The notes beneath the pieces were generated by a model that saw only the letters and a list, made by a program, of their open reading frames with translations, was not told the origin of the DNA and ran no database searches. Shown here one piece after another: positions 1-8,332 of a stretch of 32,000 bases of DNA. The position numbers and the translations under genes are program-made. This DNA is from Pseudoalteromonas translucida KMM 520 (lineage in GTDB: Bacteria; Pseudomonadota; Gammaproteobacteria; Enterobacterales; Alteromonadaceae): NCBI RefSeq assembly GCF_001465295.1, contig NZ_CP011034.1:2100001-2132000 (forward strand), read 5' to 3'. Each line of letters begins with the position of its first letter. The stretch's first letter is position 1.

Positions 1-2415
1 AATTTAACCGTTAGTGAATTACCTGTTATTCGCATTGATCATAAACAAAGCGAACCTTACGGTGCGTTTATAAACTATGTAGCGGCGCAAAAAAAGCAAA
101 AAGGCCGTATTTTACTTAGCGTAGAGTCGGATGGCCGGCGCGAGTCATTACTGGGAGTATTAAAACCCAGCGGCTTAAAGTTTAAAGAATTTACTAGTTT
201 TGAGCAGTTTACAAAAAGCCAAAGCGATGTTGGCTTAATTGTTAGCCCACTAGAGCAAAGTGTTGTATTAGGTACTAAACCTAGTTTATCTATAATCACC
301 GAACAAGAACTGCTTGGCATAAAAGTATCGCAGCGCCGTCGCCGTAAGCATAAATACCAAGCCAGCCAAGATGCGCTAATTCGTAACTTAGCCGAGCTTA
401 AAGAAGGCCAACCTATTGTACATCTTGATCACGGCGTTGGTCGCTATCAAGGTTTACAAACCATAGATGCCGCAGGCATTATCACCGAATTTGTTACCAT
501 TACTTACGCCAGTGAAGCAAAACTGTATGTACCGGTTTCGGCGCTGCATATGCTCAGCCGTTATTCGGGCGGCGAAGAAGCCAGTGCGCCACTGCATAAA
601 CTTGGCTCAGATGCATGGGACAAAGCTAAAAAACGTGCTGCTGAGAAAGTGCGCGATGTAGCCGCTGAATTACTTGATATTTACGCTCAGCGCCAAGCAA
701 AACCAGGTAATAAATTTACCCTTGATGCCCCAGCTTATCGCCAATTTAGCGACAGCTTTCCGTTTGAAGAAACCGACGATCAACGCAACGCCATTGAAGC
801 CGTATTAGGCGATATGCAATCAAAACAAGCCATGGACCGTTTAGTGTGTGGCGATGTAGGCTTTGGTAAAACCGAAGTCGCCATGCGCGCCGCATTTGTA
901 GCGGTTAACGATAACAAACAAGTAGCTATTTTGGTGCCTACAACATTACTTGCCCAGCAACACTTTGAAAACTTTAAAGATCGTTTTGCCGACTTTCCTA
1001 TTGAGGTAGGTGTACTGTCGCGTTTTAACTCACCTAAAGAGCAAAAAGACACGCTTGAAAAAATGGCCAATGGCAAGCTCGATATTGTCATTGGTACTCA
1101 TAAATTGATCCAGGCTGATATTAAATTTAACGATTTAGGCTTATTAATTGTTGATGAAGAGCATCGCTTTGGGGTGCGCCAAAAAGAAAAAATTAAAGCG
1201 CTACGCGCCGATGTCGACATACTCACTTTAACTGCAACGCCTATCCCGCGTACCTTAAATATGGCTATGAGCGGTATGCGCGACTTATCTATTATTGCCA
1301 CTCCACCTGCAAAGCGTTTAGCGGTAAAAACCTTTGTGCGCCAACGCGATGTAGAATTAATACGTGAAGCGGTACTGCGAGAAATTAAACGCGGTGGCCA
1401 AGTTTACTTTTTACATAATAACGTAGAGACAATTGAGCGTGTAGCACAAGAAATTAGTGAATGGGTGCCCGAGGCAAGCGTAACCAGTGCACATGGACAA
1501 ATGCGCGAGCAAGAGCTTGAGCAAATAATGGCTGATTTTTACCATCAAAAATATAACGTATTAGTGTGTACCACTATAATAGAAACCGGTATTGATGTAC
1601 CAACCGCTAACACCATAATTATGGATAGAGCCGACAAATTAGGCTTAGCACAGTTACACCAATTACGTGGTCGAGTTGGCCGCAGCCATCATCAAGCTTA
1701 TGCCTACTTATTAACAGGCGATCCTAAATCGCTGTCAAAAGATGCAACTAAACGTTTAGAAGCAATAGAGTCGCTAGAAGACTTAGGCGCAGGTTTTGCG
1801 CTAGCAACCCACGATTTAGAAATTCGTGGTGCGGGTGAGTTACTAGGCGACGATCAATCAGGTCAAATGCAAACCATAGGCTTTAGCTTATATATGGAAA
1901 TGCTTGAACAAGCAGTAAAAGCATTGCGAGAAGGCAAAGAGCCCACCCTTGAAAACCTCCTGCAAAAACAAACTGAGGTAGACTTAAAACTACCGGCTTT
2001 ATTACCCGATGATTATATTTACGATGTAAACGCACGCTTAGGTATGTACAAGCGCGTTGCTAGTTGTGCTAATGTTGCCGATATGGACGAATTACAGGTA
2101 GAGTTAATCGACCGCTTTGGCTTATTACCCGACGCGGCTAAAAACCTCTTTAGCCTGCAGCAATTAAAAATGCGAGCAAGTGATTTAGGTATAACAAAAA
2201 TTGAGGCAAACCCGAAAGGTGGTTACTTTGAATTTAGCCAAAACACTAAGGTTAATCCTAGCTTCATCATAGGCTTGATACAAAGTGCACCGCGCGTGTA
2301 CAAAATGGATGGCGCAAATAAACTGCGCTTTGTTATTAGTGAGGCAAATGCCCGCGAACGCTTGAAAATGGTCACTGCAATGCTTGCAGATTTCGAAAAA
2401 AAGGTTAGCCATTAA
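1..2415 (+). CDS. mfd: Transcription-repair coupling factor Mfd, C-terminal ~804 aa (5' end lies upstream of the window)
   Basis: Frame 1 is open from base 1 (NLTVSELPVIRIDHK...) and continues into the listed 550..2415 ORF, so the M at 550 is internal. SF2 helicase motifs are present: GDVGFGKTEVA (Walker A), LLIVDEEHRFG (DEEH), TATPIPRTL and QLHQLRGRVGRS. A TRCF-type C-terminal domain follows. The stop codon TAA is at 2413-2415. Confidence 0.95.
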   Translation, partial: NLTVSELPVIRIDHKQSEPYGAFINYVAAQKKQKGRILLSVESDGRRESLLGVLKPSGLKFKEFTSFEQFTKSQSDVGLIVSPLEQSVVLGTKPSLSIITEQELLGIKVSQRRRRKHKYQASQDALIRNLAELKEGQPIVHLDHGVGRYQGLQTIDAAGIITEFVTITYASEAKLYVPVSALHMLSRYSGGEEASAPLHKLGSDAWDKAKKRAAEKVRDVAAELLDIYAQRQAKPGNKFTLDAPAYRQFSDSFPFEETDDQRNAIEAVLGDMQSKQAMDRLVCGDVGFGKTEVAMRAAFVAVNDNKQVAILVPTTLLAQQHFENFKDRFADFPIEVGVLSRFNSPKEQKDTLEKMANGKLDIVIGTHKLIQADIKFNDLGLLIVDEEHRFGVRQKEKIKALRADVDILTLTATPIPRTLNMAMSGMRDLSIIATPPAKRLAVKTFVRQRDVELIREAVLREIKRGGQVYFLHNNVETIERVAQEISEWVPEASVTSAHGQMREQELEQIMADFYHQKYNVLVCTTIIETGIDVPTANTIIMDRADKLGLAQLHQLRGRVGRSHHQAYAYLLTGDPKSLSKDATKRLEAIESLEDLGAGFALATHDLEIRGAGELLGDDQSGQMQTIGFSLYMEMLEQAVKALREGKEPTLENLLQKQTEVDLKLPALLPDDYIYDVNARLGMYKRVASCANVADMDELQVELIDRFGLLPDAAKNLFSLQQLKMRASDLGITKIEANPKGGYFEFSQNTKVNPSFIIGLIQSAPRVYKMDGANKLRFVISEANARERLKMVTAMLADFEKKVSH

Positions 2416-3251
2416 TGTTGCTAAAAAAATCGCTTATTATTTTATGCTGCTTATTTAGCAGCACCGCAATTGCTGAGCGCTGGTTTGAAGTAGAAGTACT
2501 GATATTTAAACAACGCCCTGCTCCGTACTTACAAGAAGACTTTAGCCTTAAAAAGCCAGCTATTGAAGATAAAAACACACTTGATTTATTCACCCCACTT
2601 TACACTGAGCAAGCTATGCAAGCGTGTATTGATGGCGATACACGCTTTGAAAAACGCTCTTTTACAGATTCTTTAGTTAACTCCAATCAGCAATCTGGCG
2701 TGTGTGATAACAGTATTGATTATTTAAAAAGTTATGAACAGCTACCGGTAACACCGCTTGTAGCTGCACAAGATACAATGCAGCAAACATACCTTTTAGC
2801 AGCAACACAACTGCAATTTAACAGCCAACGCCAAGCCCTAGAGCGCAAAGGGTTAACGCCACTATTACATACTGGCTGGCGTTTTGAAGGGGCAAGCAAA
2901 TCGCGTGCACCTAGCATGCATTTAATCGCCGGCGAGCATATTAAAAGTGCAGAGCAAAGCGCCCCAAGTTATGCAAACCCAGACTTTGTTAGCTTAGTTA
3001 ACTCGCAAAATTCTTTTTTTAATGCACCTGAAGAACCCACTATGAAGTGGGAACTCGACGGTTTATTTAAAATACATTTACGCCATTATTTATACATAAC
3101 CGCTAATTTCGATATTAGCCAAAAGCGCGATAGTGGTGAAATAGAAGCAGCTCGTTTTTCACAATTTAGACGAGTAATAAGTGAAGAAATACACTATTTT
3201 GATCACCCTAGAATGGGAATGATCGTCCAAATTAGAAAATTCAAGCATTAA
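2415..3251 (+). CDS. csiV: CsiV-family periplasmic peptidoglycan-binding protein (DUF2803-like)
   Basis: The ATG overlaps the mfd stop (TAATG at 2413-2417). The protein has a signal peptide (MLLKKSLIILCCLFSSTAIA) followed directly by ERWFEVEVLIFKQR. I recognise that opening as typical of the CsiV family, which sits immediately downstream of mfd in Vibrio. The family assignment is from memory of the motif and synteny, not from a search. Confidence 0.55.
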   Translation: MLLKKSLIILCCLFSSTAIAERWFEVEVLIFKQRPAPYLQEDFSLKKPAIEDKNTLDLFTPLYTEQAMQACIDGDTRFEKRSFTDSLVNSNQQSGVCDNSIDYLKSYEQLPVTPLVAAQDTMQQTYLLAATQLQFNSQRQALERKGLTPLLHTGWRFEGASKSRAPSMHLIAGEHIKSAEQSAPSYANPDFVSLVNSQNSFFNAPEEPTMKWELDGLFKIHLRHYLYITANFDISQKRDSGEIEAARFSQFRRVISEEIHYFDHPRMGMIVQIRKFKH

Positions 3252-3294
3252 GCCTACACCATTTATGGTGTTATTTAACACATAGGAAATAACA

Positions 3295-3549
3295 ATGAAA
3301 AAAATCCTGATTATTGCAGCAATACTAAGCCTAGCAGCGTGTTCTAAAGTAAATGTTGAGAACTACGAAAAAATAAAAATTGGTATGGATAAATCAGAAG
3401 TCGAAATTTTTTTAGGAAACGCTGATAACTGCGTAGAAAAAACACTGCATACCAACTGCGTTTGGGGTGACGATGCTAAAAATATCGAAATTATACTCGT
3501 GTCAAACAAGGTAACTTTATTTACCAAAACAGGGTTAGCGAACAACTAA
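3295..3549 (+). CDS. Small lipoprotein, DUF3862/BLIP-like fold candidate
   Basis: The protein starts MKKILIIAAILSLAAC, with a lipobox (LAAC). The mature part, NYEKIKIGMDKSEVEIFLG...KVTLFTKTGL, matches the pattern I associate with DUF3862-type small lipoproteins. AGGAAA lies upstream of the ATG. Confidence 0.7.
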   Translation: MKKILIIAAILSLAACSKVNVENYEKIKIGMDKSEVEIFLGNADNCVEKTLHTNCVWGDDAKNIEIILVSNKVTLFTKTGLANN

Positions 3550-3598
3550 CGCTAACCCTTTAGAGGAATAACGTAGGGTGTAACCGGTTACATCCTTT
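3531..3598. terminator. Two hairpins between convergent genes
   Basis: The first hairpin is a 10-bp stem, AGGGTTAGCG (3531-3540) with CGCTAACCCT (3550-3559), followed by TTT; it overlaps the lipoprotein stop codon. The second is a 20-nt near-palindrome, GGGTGTAACCGGTTACATCC (3575-3594), followed by TTTG. The location fits termination of the convergent 3295-3549 (+) and 3600-4967 (-) genes. The T-tracts are short. Confidence 0.45.
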
Positions 3599-3599
3599 G

Positions 3600-4967
3600 T
3601 TACTCCTGCTTAGTACCGTCATCAGAGTAAATAAGTTCAATATTAACTATTTTACTGCGGTTCATGGTTATTTTATAACGCTGATACAGCTTTTTATCTC
3701 GCTCAGTTAGTACTAATACCATATTTAATTGATAACGACGCTCTACAGCCTGCTTAGAAACCTTATTACTCTCAAGATGATATAACTTACCCTCACCTTT
3801 TTTAAGATAGCGAGAAAACGGCGCAAGGCTAAATTGCAGTGTTTGATGCAAGCTATCGTAACCCGGTAAAAACTCTCGGGCATTTACACGTGTTTCGCTA
3901 GCAAAGTGTAACCACTGTGCAGCGAGCTTATTTTGTTGGCGGCGTTTAGAGAAAATAACACGCACTTCTTTTGGAATATTTTTAAAGCGCGTATATTCTA
4001 ACCAAATAAACTGACTCGCTACTTTGTCTTTGGTTACGCTGTTTTTAAAAATAAAACGCCACTTAGGCCGCCCACGTACAATAGATCGCCAAATAATTCG
4101 GGTTATATCTTCTTTAAATATTTCTCGAAGGCCATAAATAACCCCTAATATTAGTATTAATGTAGCAGTCACTTCTGTAAAAGTAGCGCGTGCGTTGAGT
4201 ATAACTACCATCACTAACGCCATAATCACAGCGGTTACCGAGCCCTTAACTAAACGTTTTAAATAACTATTAAGGTAGCGAGTTTGGCGGTTTAAAATTA
4301 CGCCATGTTCAATTAAACGCTGCAATAACCGCATTTTATTAGTAATGCGGTTTGCATCTTTAAGGGTTGATTCTGAATTATATTGTTGCTCTTCGCGATA
4401 GCTATTTTCTGACTTACAAAAGTTAACTAAGTCGTTGCGCTCTTTGGCATAATCACTACTGCGTGGCCCTTCATCAAGCAGTTTTAAAAACGACTGCTCT
4501 ATTTGCCAACTAAGGTAGTTATCGGCATTAGTGTAAAACGAAATAAGCTTTTCATCTTCAGGTGTATAACGTCTTAGTTTTCTTAATAAGCTTTGGCTTT
4601 GCTCGCACAACTCACCCGCCCGTTGATAAAATTCATCAGGGTCTTCTATTTTGAGTGTTTCTTTAATATCTGCATCAATAGCCAAGCGCACCTGATAACA
4701 ATACAAATTGAGGTTTTGTCGGTAATCTCGCTGCTCACCTTTGTTTTTACTTACAAAACGGCTTCGCACTAGCGGTAGGTGAATATTATTGGCGTTATAA
4801 GCTAAATAAGATTTAAATTGATTATTAAAATAGGATTCTTCACTAAGGGTTTGTGCATTCACGCCCATTTCGTTGGGAATAGAAAAGTATAAATCAAGGC
4901 GTTGCTCTGAGCGTTGGCCCAGCTGCGGTTCAATAATAAAAGATAAATTTTCATCTTGCTTTAACAA
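3600..4967 (-). CDS. Hypothetical 455-aa inner-membrane protein with a central two-TM hairpin; no recognised domain
   Basis: This is a long uninterrupted ORF. It has a TTG start with a strong SD (AAGGAG) 6 nt upstream. Hydrophobic segments VTAVIMALVMVVILNA and ATLILILGVIYGL lie mid-protein, flanked by a charged N-terminal region of ~240 aa and a basic C-terminal region of ~170 aa. Confidence 0.85.
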   Translation of the reverse strand: MLKQDENLSFIIEPQLGQRSEQRLDLYFSIPNEMGVNAQTLSEESYFNNQFKSYLAYNANNIHLPLVRSRFVSKNKGEQRDYRQNLNLYCYQVRLAIDADIKETLKIEDPDEFYQRAGELCEQSQSLLRKLRRYTPEDEKLISFYTNADNYLSWQIEQSFLKLLDEGPRSSDYAKERNDLVNFCKSENSYREEQQYNSESTLKDANRITNKMRLLQRLIEHGVILNRQTRYLNSYLKRLVKGSVTAVIMALVMVVILNARATFTEVTATLILILGVIYGLREIFKEDITRIIWRSIVRGRPKWRFIFKNSVTKDKVASQFIWLEYTRFKNIPKEVRVIFSKRRQQNKLAAQWLHFASETRVNAREFLPGYDSLHQTLQFSLAPFSRYLKKGEGKLYHLESNKVSKQAVERRYQLNMVLVLTERDKKLYQRYKITMNRSKIVNIELIYSDDGTKQE

Positions 4968-4994
4968 TTAAATCTCCTTGTAATATAGCTCCTT

Positions 4995-5023
4995 AGTGTA
5001 CTTGCCTGCAGTATTTTGTTCAA
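4995..5023 (-). promoter_or_regulatory. Candidate sigma70 promoter for the 455-aa gene
   Basis: The minus strand reads TTGAAC, then 17 nt, then TACACT (4/6 and 4/6 to consensus). It sits directly after the upstream terminator and about 25 nt before the SD/TTG start. Confidence 0.35.
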
Positions 5024-5052
5024 TAAAAAAGGCCTAGTAAAAACTAGGCCTT
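5022..5052 (-). terminator. Rho-independent terminator of the TonB-dependent receptor gene
   Basis: The minus strand reads AAGGCCTAG, a short loop, CTAGGCCTT, then TTTTTTATTG. It lies 20 nt after the receptor stop codon. Confidence 0.8.
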
Positions 5053-5071
5053 AAAATATTTATTATGCTAA

Positions 5072-7519
5072 TTAAAATTTAAAATTAACACTCGCAAAAA
5101 TACGCGAACCAATTACATCGTATATCTCAGGAACTGTTCCCATATCATTACCGCCTAATACAGACTCAGGCTCTTTATCAAAGATATTATTCATACCACC
5201 AGTAATGCGTAAATCATCACTTACGCTGTAGCTCATAGAAATATCATGATAAACAGTATTGTCAGTGCTAAAGAAGTCACCGTAATACTCGCCATCCATT
5301 CCTTTAACGAATCTTGCATTATAAAGAAGGCTTAATGCTTCACTTACATCGTAATTTACAGATAGATTTGATTTGATTTTAGCATAGCCACCGATATTGC
5401 CATCGATAGTGCCTGTGTAATCAATATCATCTTGTTCAAATTCGATTAAGTATGTTGTATCAAGGTTGATACCATAGTTATCTGCTTTGTATGAGATATT
5501 CCAATCAACACCAGATGTTTTTTGCGAGCCAACATTTGTTAATGCTGAACTCATATTTGATAAATCACCTGTTGATGTAATATTGATTGCTGAACATGAC
5601 TCAAGCGTACCAGCAAAACAATTTCTCATTTCGTTCTGAACGTCTAGACGCGTAATTGCATCAGTTATATCAAACTTCCAGTAATCCATGGTGCTTGATA
5701 AGCCATCAGTAATTTCCCATACCATACCAAAAGTAAATGACTTACTTTCTTCTGCTTTAAGGTTTTTGTCACTGGTGTAATTTACTTCGATTTGAGGGTC
5801 TTGCTCATTACCCCATGGATCTTCTAGGTAATCGAATGAGCCTGAGTTACCACCAAAAAGCTCAGCAACATTAGGTGCTCTAAAGCCAGTCGCTAATACA
5901 GAGCGAACCATAAACTCATCTGTTACGTTCCAAGTTGCACCAAGCTTCCACGTTGTTGCACCACCAAACGTTGAGTAGTTATCGTAACGTGCAGCACCTT
6001 CAATTGTTACTGACTCAAATACTGGCATAGACGCTTCAAAATACACAGACTGTACTGAGTAATCACCTTCAGTTGGATCTTGTTGTGCAGCTGTACTTTC
6101 ACCGCGTTGAGTGATCAAATCAGGAGTGTAATAACCACTTTCAAATCTGTTTTCAACACCAATTGCATAACCAATATCGTTATCTGTTAGTGCACTGTAA
6201 CCTGCAGCTAGGATAAACTGCTCGTTACCACCTTCATTTGACTCAGTGTAAATTGCACCATCTGACACTAACATATCGCGATTTAATGCATCGCCAGCAA
6301 ACCAAAGCGCTTGATTAGCATAAATACTTTGCTCAACATTACTTGCATGGATAGAATTTTGAACTTTATCCTTAGAATCATTACGGCCATAAGTAGCACT
6401 TACATCCCAGCTAGCGTCGTTATCTAGCGTACCCATTAATGCAACTGACGCTCTATATGTATCGGTTTTTTGCTCATAAATACGAGGACCAGCATCAACC
6501 ATTCTACGGCGGTACTCTAAGGTATCTGCAAGTGCACCATTACCATCTACAAAAGTACTTGTATAAGCAGCATCTAAATTCGTTGTTTTTAAATCTATGC
6601 TTGCTGGCTGTGGCGCAAGTTGCTGAGTCGAATCACGACGTGTATACATCAAATCAACATTAAACATCGTATCTGAGTCTAACTCTTTATCAAAGCTAGT
6701 AAAAATACTGTACAAGTCATTTGGTGTTTGTGCATAGCTAGAAGTCGTATAATCATAGCCTTTATTACGGTCTATAAAACCACCATTTCCATCTGGCATT
6801 TTACCACCAAGTGTTCCCTCAGGAATATATGATGATTGACCTGGCTCTACAAAGCTTCTGTCTGATTGAATTATTTCGCCGCGGCTTGAATACTGAGCAC
6901 CTACAACTAAATTACCTTCAGCAATTTGCATTCCGTGTAATAAACTTACACCGTAGTTATTGCCATCACCTTTTGTAGTGCGGCTACCTTCTACATTAAC
7001 TTCTGAACCTTCAAAGTCTTTCTTGGTTATTATATTAACAACACCAGCGATAGCATCTGAACCGTATACTGCAGAAGCACCGTCTTTTAAAATTTCAATA
7101 GACTTAATCATTGCAACTGGAATCGTATTTAAATCAACAGACGAATCTGCACCGGTTCCAGATGAAACCATACGACGACCATTTAATAATACTAGAGTAC
7201 GCTGAGAGCCCATCCCACGTAGGTTTACAGTAGCAGTACCACCTGAACCATTATTACTTGAACCACCTAGGCTCATCCCTGCCGCTGATGGTTGATTAGA
7301 AAGCACGTCTGCAACTGATGTGTAACCACTTTTTGCAATAAAGTCATCGCCAATAACTGTAATAGGGCTAGCCGTTTCCATATCTGTACGGTTAATACGA
7401 GAGCCTGTTACTTGAATTTTTTCAATTGACTTTGCCGCTTCGTCAGCCGCTAAAACTTGCACACTTGAGAACATTGGAATAGCAGCGATAACCGCTAAGC
7501 CAAGAGTTGATTTTTTCAT
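5072..7519 (-). CDS. TonB-dependent outer-membrane receptor (815 aa)
   Basis: The protein has a signal peptide (MKKSTLGLAVIAAIPMFSSVQVLA). Plug-domain motifs are present: IEKIQVTGSRI, VNLRGMGSQRTLVLLNGRR, IEILKDGASAVYGSDAIAGVVNIITK. A long beta-barrel region follows, ending in the terminal aromatic signature SVNFKF. The substrate cannot be inferred. Confidence 0.95.
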   Translation of the reverse strand: MKKSTLGLAVIAAIPMFSSVQVLAADEAAKSIEKIQVTGSRINRTDMETASPITVIGDDFIAKSGYTSVADVLSNQPSAAGMSLGGSSNNGSGGTATVNLRGMGSQRTLVLLNGRRMVSSGTGADSSVDLNTIPVAMIKSIEILKDGASAVYGSDAIAGVVNIITKKDFEGSEVNVEGSRTTKGDGNNYGVSLLHGMQIAEGNLVVGAQYSSRGEIIQSDRSFVEPGQSSYIPEGTLGGKMPDGNGGFIDRNKGYDYTTSSYAQTPNDLYSIFTSFDKELDSDTMFNVDLMYTRRDSTQQLAPQPASIDLKTTNLDAAYTSTFVDGNGALADTLEYRRRMVDAGPRIYEQKTDTYRASVALMGTLDNDASWDVSATYGRNDSKDKVQNSIHASNVEQSIYANQALWFAGDALNRDMLVSDGAIYTESNEGGNEQFILAAGYSALTDNDIGYAIGVENRFESGYYTPDLITQRGESTAAQQDPTEGDYSVQSVYFEASMPVFESVTIEGAARYDNYSTFGGATTWKLGATWNVTDEFMVRSVLATGFRAPNVAELFGGNSGSFDYLEDPWGNEQDPQIEVNYTSDKNLKAEESKSFTFGMVWEITDGLSSTMDYWKFDITDAITRLDVQNEMRNCFAGTLESCSAINITSTGDLSNMSSALTNVGSQKTSGVDWNISYKADNYGINLDTTYLIEFEQDDIDYTGTIDGNIGGYAKIKSNLSVNYDVSEALSLLYNARFVKGMDGEYYGDFFSTDNTVYHDISMSYSVSDDLRITGGMNNIFDKEPESVLGGNDMGTVPEIYDVIGSRIFASVNFKF

Positions 7520-8229
7520 GGATGAACCCTACTTGTTGAAAATTTACCTAAATGGTAATGCTCACTTTTATAAGAATTGTGAGTCAGAAAACAGCAACTT
7601 AGGCGTGATTAACTGAACAAAAACTTAACGACAGACCAATTAAAAGCCAACCAAAAAGCGAAATACCCAAAAAAGGTACAAACGTTACACCATGTTTCCT
7701 TGTTAATTAATAAATACATATAAAAATCAATAAACTAAATACATTGCGCTACATTAAAAGCACAGGTGAAATCAAACTAATGGACTTTGTAATTAAATGT
7801 AATTACCTCAACAATGTACCCTTAATCGGTAAATTAACAAGTTAATCACAGTAGGTTATTAAAACCGTAAAACTAAATGTTAATTGATAACTATATTTAT
7901 GCGCTTTGAGTAATTAATTAGTCTGATTTAACGCATATGTAGCTTTTAAAGGAGATATTTTTTATTCAGCCAAGATTAAACAAGTAAATTATTCACCAAT
8001 TTAATGAAGCAATAATTGCCTTAAACCTAGGAGTACACTTAATTGAAGCAACTACAATTAATGCATTTTTCGAAATTAAAAAGAGAAAATAAAATTACAA
8101 AAGGCGGGAGTGCTAAGTGCTAGTTAAAATGATGTGAGTGTATAAAGTACTCTTATTGTAGGCTTAATCTTATTGCGCTAAAGCTAAACCTTATGTGGTT
8201 TTTGCTTTCTGCGCCAATAAATAAAAAGT

Positions 8230-8309
8230 AACGCTTAATTTAAAGAGAGTAAGCACAGCTAAACTGATCTCAACTAGAATGCTTACCTCCCTACTGAAAA
8301 TTAAGCGTT
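8230..8309 (-). terminator. Compound hairpin downstream of the lipoprotein gene (probable terminator or structured RNA)
   Basis: A perfect 12-bp outer stem, AACGCTTAATTT (8230-8241) with AAATTAAGCGTT (8298-8309), encloses a 7-bp inner stem, GTAAGCA (8249-8255) with TGCTTAC (8280-8286). On the minus strand it is followed by ACTTTTTATTTATT, and on the plus strand by TTTTAC. It lies 24 nt after the stop of the 8333-8755 gene. Confidence 0.45.
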
Positions 8310-8332
8310 TTACTTAATAAGCAACGGTATGT

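Noticed and set aside
75-1301. Listed ORFs inside the mfd region: 75..320 (-), 467..661 (+), 780..1091 (-) and 1098..1301 (-)
   Set aside because: All lie within or antisense to the continuous Mfd reading frame, which carries unambiguous helicase motifs. Their translations are low-complexity or Cys/Ser-rich with no start context. They are typical shadow ORFs.
7520-7800. Possible cobalamin or TPP riboswitch in the receptor 5' leader
   Set aside because: I read the minus strand and found no B12-box-like core (no GCCACTG-type element) or TPP CUGAGA-type core. A proper Infernal scan would be needed to exclude other classes.
7886-7900. Fur-box-like sequence GATAACTATATTTAT upstream of the TonB-dependent receptor
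   Set aside because: It matches only about 11 of 19 positions of GATAATGATAATCATTATC. It lies about 370 bp from the start codon in very AT-rich DNA, where such matches arise by chance. It is not enough to call iron regulation.
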